The notes under the pieces are model-generated. The model saw only the letters and a program-made list of their open reading frames with translations. It had not been told where the DNA came from and made no database searches. Below are positions 38,196-46,874 of a DNA stretch of 64,000 nt, one piece after another (the stretch's first letter is position 1; each line of letters opens with the position of its first letter). A program made the translations under genes and the position numbers. This DNA comes from an uncultured Clostridia bacterium (GTDB lineage Bacteria; Acidobacteriota; Aminicenantia; UBA2199). The DNA is taken from positions 23,318 through 87,317 of the forward strand of contig CAYXHZ010000005.1 in NCBI GenBank assembly GCA_964465065.1, written 5' to 3'.

Positions 38196-38801
38196 CTACG
38201 CACCGTTGCGGTGGCGCCGGTAGGATCTTTGCGCCTTCACCCGGTTCCCGCAGACCTTCATGTCGCACCAGCGGCGGCTGTGGTTCTTGCTGCGGTCCAG
38301 AAACAACCAGCGGCAATCCGCGCAATCGCATTCCCGCACATGGTGCAGATCCTCCGAAGTCAGCAATCCGGCCGCCGATTTGACGATGGGCCAGAGCGGG
38401 GAGTCGAGCCGAATGGTCGGGGCAGGCCAGCCCAGGCGAAACCCGCCCGGTTCCGTCTGCAGCTGCAGCCGGGAATGGCTCTCGCTCAGAAAACGACTGA
38501 AGAGTGCCAGGTCATCAGCGGAGCTTGACTCTTGTCTCAGGTGATTGCTCACGATGCGGAACAGGCACTCGCGCAGTTCGATGGCCTTGCTCAGAGCTGC
38601 GACCGCCGCATCGGGATCAGATGCCGCCGCTTGCAGCAGCGCGGCCCGTTGCTTGTCTGGGATCGCTCCCGCCTGACAGGCCCAGTCTGTCAGGTCCTGA
38701 TAGGAGGTCAACAGTTCTTTCTGCTTTCCGGCCAGAGGCCGGTTGTCCAGGGTGTTGATGAAATCGAGCGAGATTTCTCCGGCGACGATTTGATACTTCA
38801 T
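38196..38801 (-). CDS. CGNR zinc-finger / ABATE-domain protein
   Basis: C-terminal Cys cluster with the CGNR signature (CDCADCRWLFLDRSKNHSRRWCDMKVCGNRVKA). ATG 38799-38801 after a GAGGAAAA RBS. Confidence 0.65.
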   Translation of the reverse strand: MKYQIVAGEISLDFINTLDNRPLAGKQKELLTSYQDLTDWACQAGAIPDKQRAALLQAAASDPDAAVAALSKAIELRECLFRIVSNHLRQESSSADDLALFSRFLSESHSRLQLQTEPGGFRLGWPAPTIRLDSPLWPIVKSAAGLLTSEDLHHVRECDCADCRWLFLDRSKNHSRRWCDMKVCGNRVKAQRSYRRHRNGA

Positions 38802-38925
38802 ACAGTTTTCCTCGAGTTTTACACCGCTATTATAACCGAAAAACCGTTTTCCGACTCTTGACAATCCGTTCACAATGAAATAAACTAACCACCATGGGCG
38901 ATATTAGATGGTTATAGAGGTGATC

Positions 38926-39876
38926 ATGAACTCATCGTCGCTAACCTATTCAGGTTCGATGGCAAGGCCTTCGCGCTTGTCCGTGATCCTGGCTTTCCTG
39001 GCCATCTACCTGATCTGGGGGACCACATATCTGGCGATCCGCTATGTCGTGGAGACGATTCCGCCTTTGATCAGCGCCGCTGTGCGGCACAGTGTCGCGG
39101 GATTGATTCTTCTGGGGCTCGCCTGGTGGCGTGGATTCCGGTCGCGTTGGGAGCACTGGCGGTCCGGACTGATCCTCGGCGGACTCTTCTTTCTGATCGG
39201 GCACGGTTGTCTGCACTGGTCGGAACAGTACGTTTCGTCGGGTTTGGCCTCGCTTTTGATTGCCAGCGAGCCGCTGTGGATCCTGCTCATGGGCGCCGCC
39301 ATGGGGCAGCAGAAGATCAACTGGAAAAACGGATCCGGACTCCTGCTCGGCCTTGCCGGAGTGGCGGTGCTGTCGGTCGGCGAAATATCGACGTCGGTCT
39401 CGCAGGCCTGGGGGGCGGTCGCAGTCCTGGCGGGGGCCGCTTCCTGGGCTTTGGGCGTTTGCATCTCGCCCCGTTTGCGTTTGCCGGGCGATGCGCTGGG
39501 ACGGTCCGCGCTGCCCTTGACCTGCGGGGCGGTCCTGCTGTTCATGGCATCCTTCATCAGCGGCGAATTTTCCAGGGTCAGCTGGAATGCAGTATCATCC
39601 CGATCATTGCTGGGACTGGCCTTTTTGATCGTTTTCGGTTCGGTGCTGGCTTTTTCGGCGTATACCTGGCTGCTGCAGCACTGTTCGTCGACCCTGGTGG
39701 CCACCCACAGCTTCGTCAATCCCCTGGTTGCGGTGTTGATCGGCTGGCTGCTGGCCGACGAAGCGCTGAGTGTGCGCCTCGTACTGGCCACGGCGGTGAT
39801 CCTGGCGGCCATCGTCTTGATCCAGCGAGCTGATCGGCATGCGGACCGACGACTTGGCAAAGACCGATCAGCGTAA
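38926..39876 (+). CDS. EamA-family (DMT superfamily) transporter
   Basis: 10-TM duplicated EamA pattern (LAFLAIYLIWGTTYLAIRYVVE.., ..VFGSVLAFSAYTWLLQH). ATG 38926 after AGAGGTG. Confidence 0.7.
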   Translation: MNSSSLTYSGSMARPSRLSVILAFLAIYLIWGTTYLAIRYVVETIPPLISAAVRHSVAGLILLGLAWWRGFRSRWEHWRSGLILGGLFFLIGHGCLHWSEQYVSSGLASLLIASEPLWILLMGAAMGQQKINWKNGSGLLLGLAGVAVLSVGEISTSVSQAWGAVAVLAGAASWALGVCISPRLRLPGDALGRSALPLTCGAVLLFMASFISGEFSRVSWNAVSSRSLLGLAFLIVFGSVLAFSAYTWLLQHCSSTLVATHSFVNPLVAVLIGWLLADEALSVRLVLATAVILAAIVLIQRADRHADRRLGKDRSA

Positions 39877-41223
39877 GCGGTTCAGGTAGCTCTTCTGTCG
39901 GACCAGACCTTCGATGTCGGCGCGTTTCTTGGGGATTCCGGCAGAAAGAACCTCGTTGCCGCTTGCGCTGATCAGGACATCGTCCTCGATGCGCACGCCG
40001 TTGCCCTGATACTTTTTATAGATCGGAGCCACTTTTTCCCTGAAGGCGACGAACTCCTCTTCGCTCACTTTGCCGGCCAGCCGCTGCGGAATGTTTTCGA
40101 TCATGTCGGCCGGGAAGTAGAGACCGGGCTCCATGGTCACGACCATGCCCGGTTGGTAGACTTTGCCGGCGAGGTCCCGGCCGTACCAGGTCCAGACGTC
40201 GTGGACGTCCAGGCCGATGAAATGGTAGAAGCCGTGCTGGATGTAGAAGGCCTTCTGCCATGGCGAACCGGAGTCGGTCATCAGTCCCAGACGGGTCAGT
40301 CCACGGATCAGTGCATCTTCAGCCGCTGTCTGGGCGTCCGCCATCCTGGCGCCCGGTTTCATCGCGGCGATGGCCGCTTCCTGGGACGAGAGTACCAGAT
40401 CGTAGATCTCCGCCTGAGCCGGACTGAAGCGACCCGAGACGGGGATGGTGCGGGTGATATCCGATGTGTACTTGTCGTACCAGGCGCCGACATCGAAGAG
40501 AATCAGGTCTCCGGCAAGCGCCTGCCGCTGTGAAGTCCCGAAATGGACGTTGACACTGTTGGGACCCGAGGCCACCTGGGAGAAGGAGAGGCCCTCCGCG
40601 CAGCCTCGGCGGACGGTTTCGCAGCTGAGCATGGAATTGATGGCGATTTCGCTCATGCAGGGTTCCACGGCCCGGATGGTTTCGGCCAGGGCCAGTGCGG
40701 TGACGTCGATGGCCGCTCGGAGCCTGCGGATCTCGTCTTCGCTCTTGATCACCCGCATGGGGTGGATCAGTTCGTCGAGGTTGCGGATGGACGATACCGT
40801 GGACAAGGGAGAGCGTTCTTTGGTGAATCGCTCCATAAGCCGATTGTCGGAAAAAGACAGGGCCAGGCAACGGCGTCCGGAATAGAGCAGGCGGAAGAGA
40901 TCGGGCATGAGACTCTCCTCTGGAAAGACCGCCGAAAAAGCGGCTTTGTCCCGGTCGTCGATCCGGCCGTAAAAGCGGAACGGTTGATCGTCGTTCGGCA
41001 GGATCATCATCACGCCGCCGTCGAGGTCCAGGCCGGTCAGGAAGTGGAAGTCCTTGTTCATGGCGTCCTTGCCCCAGGTCGGGGTGCGGGCGGAAACCAG
41101 GGCGATGGTCCGGTTGTCCAGCGATTCAAGCAGTCTGGCTCTCCTTAGCGAATATTCGTCTTGCGCGGCTTGAAGCGATGAAGCAATGAGAAAAATCAGA
41201 ATTACAGCTAAAGTTCTGGACAT
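39868..41223 (-). CDS. secreted Xaa-Pro aminopeptidase (M24B, aminopeptidase P family)
   Basis: Signal peptide MSRTLAVILIFLIASSLQA after GGAGGTGG. Pita-bread metal-ligand blocks (DVGAWYDKYTSDITRT, HGFYHFIGLDVHD, GMVVTMEPGLYF, VRIEDDVL). The track start at 41415 is upstream. Confidence 0.75.
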   Translation of the reverse strand: MSRTLAVILIFLIASSLQAAQDEYSLRRARLLESLDNRTIALVSARTPTWGKDAMNKDFHFLTGLDLDGGVMMILPNDDQPFRFYGRIDDRDKAAFSAVFPEESLMPDLFRLLYSGRRCLALSFSDNRLMERFTKERSPLSTVSSIRNLDELIHPMRVIKSEDEIRRLRAAIDVTALALAETIRAVEPCMSEIAINSMLSCETVRRGCAEGLSFSQVASGPNSVNVHFGTSQRQALAGDLILFDVGAWYDKYTSDITRTIPVSGRFSPAQAEIYDLVLSSQEAAIAAMKPGARMADAQTAAEDALIRGLTRLGLMTDSGSPWQKAFYIQHGFYHFIGLDVHDVWTWYGRDLAGKVYQPGMVVTMEPGLYFPADMIENIPQRLAGKVSEEEFVAFREKVAPIYKKYQGNGVRIEDDVLISASGNEVLSAGIPKKRADIEGLVRQKSYLNRLR

Positions 41224-41374
41224 GATCCACCTCCATGATTTTTCATCGTAGTGCATTGAAGATTGAAAGACAATGTGATTCGTAAAACCAGAATGACGAA
41301 CCGTCAGCTGGACAGCGGCAAGCGGTGCCTTTTTGTTGTACAATACTGGCGGAACGACGAGCAGGGAGAAACGG

Positions 41375-42025
41375 ATGAACCACGTAAAGCCGGTCGTAAG
41401 AACAGAAACCGTCATCGTCGAGCAGTGCGACTGCGGCGGAGGCCGTTTCGGCTACATTCTGGCCGACGGTCCCGGCGGTTCGGCCTATCTCATCGATCCC
41501 GGCCCCGATCCCGGGGAGGTTCTGACCCGGCTGCAGGACGGGCAATACCTGCTCAAGGGCGTCATCCTGACCCACAACCAACCGGACTGTAATCCAGGAC
41601 TGGACGAACTGCTGAGCGAATACCGTGTACCGGTGCTGGGGCATCTGGCCAACCAGCGGGCGGACATGCATGTCTCCGACGGCGAGCGGTGTCTGCTCGG
41701 CCGACAGTACCTGCACTTTCTGCACACCCCCGGCCACAGCGCCGATTCGATGTGCGTCCGCTTCGGCGGCCATCTTTTTTGCGGCGATACCTTGCTGGTC
41801 GGCACCGTGGGCGCCACGCCCAGCCCGGAGATGGCCCTGGCCCAGTTCGAATCGCTGCAGCGCCTGATGGAACTCGATGGCGAGCTGCTGGTCTGGCCTG
41901 GCCTGGACTGCGGTCCCGAGCCGCATTCCAGCATCGCCGCCGAGCGGAAAAACAACCCGTTCATCGCCTGTTTGGGAGATTTCGGCGCATTTATGCGACT
42001 CAAGGAAAATCGGGATGTCCGGTGA
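41375..42025 (+). CDS. MBL-fold hydrolase (glyoxalase II-like) with non-canonical metal motif
   Basis: MBL-fold blocks (AYLIDPG, ILTHNQPDCNPG, HTPGHSADSMC, FCGDTLL, WPGLDCGPE). The usual HxHxDH is replaced by H-N-Q-P-D-C. AGGGAG RBS. Confidence 0.65.
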   Translation: MNHVKPVVRTETVIVEQCDCGGGRFGYILADGPGGSAYLIDPGPDPGEVLTRLQDGQYLLKGVILTHNQPDCNPGLDELLSEYRVPVLGHLANQRADMHVSDGERCLLGRQYLHFLHTPGHSADSMCVRFGGHLFCGDTLLVGTVGATPSPEMALAQFESLQRLMELDGELLVWPGLDCGPEPHSSIAAERKNNPFIACLGDFGAFMRLKENRDVR

Positions 42026-43293
42026 GAAGGAAGCAGGAATTGGCTGAACAAAAAGAGAATAATTCGCCGAATCGACAGCCCGTCGTCACCGGCCAGCAGA
42101 TCGGTCTGCTGGGCGGTCCGTTCTACACACCGTACAAGGTTCTGGGAGCGGTCGCCACGGCGGCCCGTGAAGGGCGGCCGGCCATCTACTGGCTGGAGAC
42201 CAACGACGCCGATTTTCAGGAAATTTCAGCCATCGATTACATCGACCGCGACGGCGGGCTCAAGCAACTGCGCTGGCGAAAGGAAACTGGTGGTCTTTCC
42301 TGTGGCCGGGTCCGGGTCGACGATCAGCTGATCGAACTGATCCGGCAGTTTTTCCAGGATCTGACCCCAACCGAGTTCACCCCGGCCCTGCGCGAAATGG
42401 TCCTGGACGCCTACCGCCTGGACCGGGAGCTGGGAGAGGCATCCCTGGCCCTGGCCCGCAGCCTGTTCCCCTTCGAAAACCTGAGTTTTTTCGATCCCCG
42501 CGACGGTGAATTCCGCTCTTTCTGCCGCCCGATCCTGCTTGAGTTGTTCGAAAACACGGCTGCAGGCGAGCAATGCCCCGGTTTTATCGACGACGGCGGC
42601 GTGCGCCGGGCCGTTTTCCGCCGCCCTGGCGGCTACGCTTTGCGGGACGGCCGTTCCGTCGATCCGGGCTCTTTCCCGCTCTTGCCCAACGTGTACAGCC
42701 GGCCGCTGTGCCAGGACGCCTGGTTTGGCAGCTCGGCCTACATCGCCGGTCCGGGCGAAATGGCCTATCTGGCTCCGCTGGCCGATCTCTACCGTCGCTG
42801 CGGGGTTGAGCAGCCGCGCTTGATCCGGCGCATGTCGCTGTGCCTGATCGAACCCTGGAGCAGGCGGCAGCTGGACAAGCTCGCTTTTTCCGCCGATTCC
42901 CTGCTGGAACTGGGACCGGACAAGGCCCGGGCGGAACTGATCCGGCGCCGGACCGGACTCGATATGCCGAATCTGGAACAGCTCAGCCGGCAGCAATGCC
43001 GAAGCTTTATCGAAGGCTTGAGCGCGCTCCATCCCTATTTTTCACGGATTGAAACCACATTGGATCAGGAAATCAAACAAGTGCTCGGCAATATCCGTAA
43101 ACAGAACCGGGAGCAGAATGCGGCCGATCTGGACCGCTTGCAGAAGCTGTTCGCGCGGCTGCAGCCGTACGCCAAGCCGCAGGAACGGGTGATCTGCCCT
43201 TTTTATTACATGAATCTGTACGGCGGAACGGACCTGCTCAAACGGATCTATGAGCGTTACGATCCGCAGTTGCGTTACCTGGAGGTGAGCTGA
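42022..43293 (+). CDS. bshC: BshC-family protein (bacillithiol biosynthesis cysteine-adding enzyme homologue), short N-terminus
   Basis: Hallmark VVTGQQIGLLGGPFYTPYKVLGA and IYWLETNDADFQEI align with B. subtilis BshC (GGQQAGLLTGPLYTIHKI.., VFWMATEDHDFAEV). Start assigned to GTG 42022, overlapping the MBL stop (GTGA). TTG 42040 is an alternative. The track ORF from 41689 overlaps the MBL gene and reads as Arg-rich off-frame sequence. Confidence 0.7.
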   Translation: MRRKQELAEQKENNSPNRQPVVTGQQIGLLGGPFYTPYKVLGAVATAAREGRPAIYWLETNDADFQEISAIDYIDRDGGLKQLRWRKETGGLSCGRVRVDDQLIELIRQFFQDLTPTEFTPALREMVLDAYRLDRELGEASLALARSLFPFENLSFFDPRDGEFRSFCRPILLELFENTAAGEQCPGFIDDGGVRRAVFRRPGGYALRDGRSVDPGSFPLLPNVYSRPLCQDAWFGSSAYIAGPGEMAYLAPLADLYRRCGVEQPRLIRRMSLCLIEPWSRRQLDKLAFSADSLLELGPDKARAELIRRRTGLDMPNLEQLSRQQCRSFIEGLSALHPYFSRIETTLDQEIKQVLGNIRKQNREQNAADLDRLQKLFARLQPYAKPQERVICPFYYMNLYGGTDLLKRIYERYDPQLRYLEVS

Positions 43294-44018
43294 TGCCGGT
43301 CGATATTCTGGCTGTCGGTGCCCATCCCGACGATAGTGAGATTTTCATGGGCGGCACCTTGATCAAGATGGTTCAGGCCGGTTACCAGACGGCCGTCTGC
43401 GACCTGACCCGCGGAGAGCTGGGCACTTACGGCGACGCGAAAACCCGGCAGCAGGAAATCGAACATTCCAACCGGATTCTGGGCCTGACACGACGGGTCA
43501 CCCTGGACCTGGGCGACGGCCGTCTCGAAGACAATCAAGCCAACCGTCTGGCCCTGGTCGATGTCATCCGCGAGCTCAGACCCCGACTGGTATTCACCTT
43601 TGACGAACGCTTCACCCGTCATCCCGATCACCAGGTCTGCGCCCGGATCGTCTCGCGCTGCCTGTTTCTGTCCGGGCTGGAGAAACTGGAACGGCCGGGC
43701 GAAATCCATAGGGCCCGCTCCCTGATCCGTTTCCCGGAGATGCTGATTTCCTGCAAGCCCGATTTCGTCGTCGACGTGTCGGCGCAATGGAAGGAAAGGA
43801 TCGCTGCCGTACGCTGCTACCAGACCCAGGTCGGCCGGCCCGGCGAAAAGGCGAAAAGCAAGACTTTCCTGCACTCCCACCATTTCTGGGAACTGTTGAC
43901 CTCCCGTTCGGTCCAGGCCGGCGGCTGGGGAGGCTGTGAAATGGCCGAACCTTTCTATTCCGAGCACGTGCCGGTGCTGGCCGACCCGCTGGTTTCTTTC
44001 GACCGGAGTTTCGTATGA
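43293..44018 (+). CDS. bshB1: PIG-L/LmbE-family N-acetylglucosaminyl deacetylase (BshB1-type)
   Basis: VDILAVGAHPDDSEIFMGGTL is the LmbE zinc motif. 241 aa. Overlaps the bshC stop (TGATG) and follows GGAGGTG. Confidence 0.75.
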   Translation: MPVDILAVGAHPDDSEIFMGGTLIKMVQAGYQTAVCDLTRGELGTYGDAKTRQQEIEHSNRILGLTRRVTLDLGDGRLEDNQANRLALVDVIRELRPRLVFTFDERFTRHPDHQVCARIVSRCLFLSGLEKLERPGEIHRARSLIRFPEMLISCKPDFVVDVSAQWKERIAAVRCYQTQVGRPGEKAKSKTFLHSHHFWELLTSRSVQAGGWGGCEMAEPFYSEHVPVLADPLVSFDRSFV

Positions 44019-45127
44019 AAATAGCCATCCTGTGCTACCACCGCGTCGGCGGTTCCGGAATCGTGGCCTACGAGATCGGCCGGGCCATGGCCGAGGAACG
44101 GGGACACCAGGTGCACTTCATTGGCCTGCAACCGCCGTTCCGGCTGCGGGACGAGGCCAGCGAGTCCATCCGTTTCCACCGCGTCAACGTCAAGGAATAC
44201 CCGGTTTTCGATTACCAGCCCTACGATCTGGCCCTGGCTTCGCAGCTTTCCGAAATCATCACCCGGTACGGGATCGATGTCGTTCACAGCCATTACGTGC
44301 TGCCCCACGCCATTTCGGCCATCCTGGCCCGCGACATCGCCCGGCGACCCGTCCGGTTGGTGACCACTCTGCACGGCACCGACATCACAGTCGTCGGTCA
44401 GCACCCCTCGATGATGCATATCACCCGCTACGGGATCGAGGAAAGCGACCGGGTGACGGCGGTTTCACAAAGTCTCAAGGAGGAAACGGAACGGATCTTC
44501 ACACCCCGGCGGCAGATCGAGTGTATTTACAACTTCATCAACCCGGCCGTCTTCAATGTCAGGTCGGACAAATGCCAGACCAGACCCTGTGAGAAGCAAC
44601 CGGTTTTTCTGCACGTGTCCAACCTGCGCGAGGTCAAAGGACCGGTCGATGTCGTCCGTATTTTCGCCCGGGCCCGTACCCTGCTCAATCAAAAGGGCAG
44701 GCTCAAGGTAGTCGGCGAGGGTCCGCTGGAGCCGGCCATGATTCAAGAAGCCGAGAAGCTGGGCGTGGCGGAATTCGTCGACTTTCTGGGCGTTAGATCC
44801 GATCTGGTCTGTCTGTTCAATTGCGCCGACATCTGCATCATGCCCAGCCGCAAGGAAGCGTTCGGTCTGGCCGCCCTGGAAGCCATGGCCTGTGGCACTC
44901 CCGTCCTGGCCGCCGCCGTGGGCGGATTGCCGGAACTGATCGACGACGGCCGCAACGGTCTGCTTTTCTCGCTGGACGGGCTGGACGAGGCCGCCGAAAA
45001 AGCGGTCGCTCTGCTCGGTGATCCGGCGCGTTATCAGGCGCTCAGCCGGGCCGCCGTCGAAACCGCCCATGTTGACTTCAACATGGAGGCTATTCTGGAC
45101 CAGTACGAAGCGGTCTACAGCCGATGA
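44015..45127 (+). CDS. bshA: GT4 glycosyltransferase, N-acetyl-alpha-D-glucosaminyl L-malate synthase (BshA-type)
   Basis: MKIAILCYHRVGGSGIVAYEIGRAMAEERGHQVHFIG parallels the BshA N-terminus ([35 protein letters not shown]). C-terminal GT4 E-x7-E region (EAFGLAALEAMACGTPVLA). Confidence 0.8.
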   Translation: MKIAILCYHRVGGSGIVAYEIGRAMAEERGHQVHFIGLQPPFRLRDEASESIRFHRVNVKEYPVFDYQPYDLALASQLSEIITRYGIDVVHSHYVLPHAISAILARDIARRPVRLVTTLHGTDITVVGQHPSMMHITRYGIEESDRVTAVSQSLKEETERIFTPRRQIECIYNFINPAVFNVRSDKCQTRPCEKQPVFLHVSNLREVKGPVDVVRIFARARTLLNQKGRLKVVGEGPLEPAMIQEAEKLGVAEFVDFLGVRSDLVCLFNCADICIMPSRKEAFGLAALEAMACGTPVLAAAVGGLPELIDDGRNGLLFSLDGLDEAAEKAVALLGDPARYQALSRAAVETAHVDFNMEAILDQYEAVYSR

Positions 45128-46872
45128 AGACCAATTCCCGCCCCGGCATCGGGCAACTGGCCCCCTTGCTGCCCTACCTCAAGCAGCATCGGGGCAAACT
45201 GGCGGCCGGCTTTGCCTTCATGCTGCTGCAGAATTATTTCTACATGCTCATCCCCGGTCAGGTGCAGCGCATTCTGGACGAGGTGGTCGGTGCGAACCGC
45301 TCCGAGCGGATCGTCGGCGACATGCTCCTCCTGGGACTGTTCACGGTCGTCATGGCCTTGTCCCTGTTCGCCATGAGGGCGCTGATCATCGGCGTGTCCC
45401 GAGAGATCGAGTACTCGCTGCGCGAACGGATCTATACCGGACTGCTGGGCAAGCCGCTGTCCTTTTATTCCGACTACGCCGGCGGCGACCTGATGTCCCG
45501 CAGCTCCAGCGACCTGGCTGACGTGCGCCTGCTGCTCGGCCCGGGCATGATGTACATCCCAAATTCTTTGAGTCGGCTGCTCTTTTTCTTTCCGGTCCTG
45601 CTCGGCCTGTCGGCGAGGCTGCTCCTGTGGGTGGGGCTGTTGCTGGTCCTGCTGATTTCGCTGATCAGCTATTTTTTGCCAAAATTGCGCCGTTTCTATC
45701 TCGGCACCCAGGAGGCGGCCGGGCGTTTGAACGAGCAGCTGTGGCAGACCTTGCGCGCCGTGACCACCATCGCCCTGTTCCAGAGCGAAAAAACGGTTCA
45801 GGAGCGTTTCGACCACAGTCTTCTGGACTATTACCACACCCAGATGCGGCTGGTCTGGCGCAAGGAGATTTTATGGCCGCTGTTCACCTTCGTGTTCTCG
45901 CTCAGCGAAGCCTTGACCCTGTGGATCGGCGGTCGTCAGGTGATGGCCGGACAGCTGAGCCTGGGGGAACTGTTGCAATTCAATCTGATGATCGGCTTTC
46001 TGGCCTTTCCGGTCTTTTCGATCGGTTGGGTCATGTCGTCCCTGCAGCAGGGGATCACCGCCATGAGCCGTATCAATGTCATTTTGACAGATGAAGGAAG
46101 GGAAGGCCAGTCAAGCCCTGTTCCGACCGAAGATTTGACGAACATCCGCCTGCAGGCGCTGCAATTTTCCTACCCGGCCAGCCGGGAGCCGGTTCTGAGC
46201 AGAATCGATCTGCGCCTGGGTTCCGGGGAGATTCTGGGCCTGACCGGAACGGTGGCCAGCGGCAAAACGACGCTGCTGCGCATTCTGGGCGGTCTGGAAC
46301 GACCGCCGGACGCAACGCTGTTCTTCGATGACCGGGACGTTTGCGAACTGGGCAGCCGCCGGCAGATGCAATCCGTTTCCTACGTCACCGAATCGCCGTT
46401 TCTGTTCTCGCGCAGCATCGCCGAAAACATAGCCCTGGGGCGGACGGAGATCGATCGGGCGCGGGTGATGGAGGCTGCCGAAATGGCGGGGCTGCAACCG
46501 GACCTGCAGCGTTTCCCTGATGGCTTGGACCAGATGATCGGTGAACGGGGACTGACCCTGTCCGGCGGCCAGCGTCAGCGGGTGGGGCTGGCCCGGGCCC
46601 TGTACCGCCGCGCACCGCTGCTGCTGCTCGACGATCCGCTCTCCCATGTCGACGCCGAAACGGAAACCCGCATCCTGGGACAATTACGCCGTATCCCCTG
46701 GGTCAAGATGATGGTCATCGTCTCCCATCGGGTTTCCACTCTGAAGCTGGCGGACCGGATCGCCGTTCTCGAGGCCGGTCGACTGCGTGAAATCGGCAGT
46801 CACCGTGAACTGCTGGCTCACAAGGGGCTGTACGCCCGCCTGGCCGAGTTGCAGCAACTCAAGGGGGCCTGA
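45124..46872 (+). CDS. ABC exporter, fused permease/ATPase (type I, MsbA/CydDC-like), subunit 1
   Basis: 6-TM domain plus NBD. Walker A GTVASGKTT, signature LSGGQRQRVGLARAL, Walker B LLLLDDPLSHVD. ATG overlaps the bshA stop (ATGA). Confidence 0.85.
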   Translation: MKTNSRPGIGQLAPLLPYLKQHRGKLAAGFAFMLLQNYFYMLIPGQVQRILDEVVGANRSERIVGDMLLLGLFTVVMALSLFAMRALIIGVSREIEYSLRERIYTGLLGKPLSFYSDYAGGDLMSRSSSDLADVRLLLGPGMMYIPNSLSRLLFFFPVLLGLSARLLLWVGLLLVLLISLISYFLPKLRRFYLGTQEAAGRLNEQLWQTLRAVTTIALFQSEKTVQERFDHSLLDYYHTQMRLVWRKEILWPLFTFVFSLSEALTLWIGGRQVMAGQLSLGELLQFNLMIGFLAFPVFSIGWVMSSLQQGITAMSRINVILTDEGREGQSSPVPTEDLTNIRLQALQFSYPASREPVLSRIDLRLGSGEILGLTGTVASGKTTLLRILGGLERPPDATLFFDDRDVCELGSRRQMQSVSYVTESPFLFSRSIAENIALGRTEIDRARVMEAAEMAGLQPDLQRFPDGLDQMIGERGLTLSGGQRQRVGLARALYRRAPLLLLDDPLSHVDAETETRILGQLRRIPWVKMMVIVSHRVSTLKLADRIAVLEAGRLREIGSHRELLAHKGLYARLAELQQLKGA

Positions 46873-46874
46873 GC

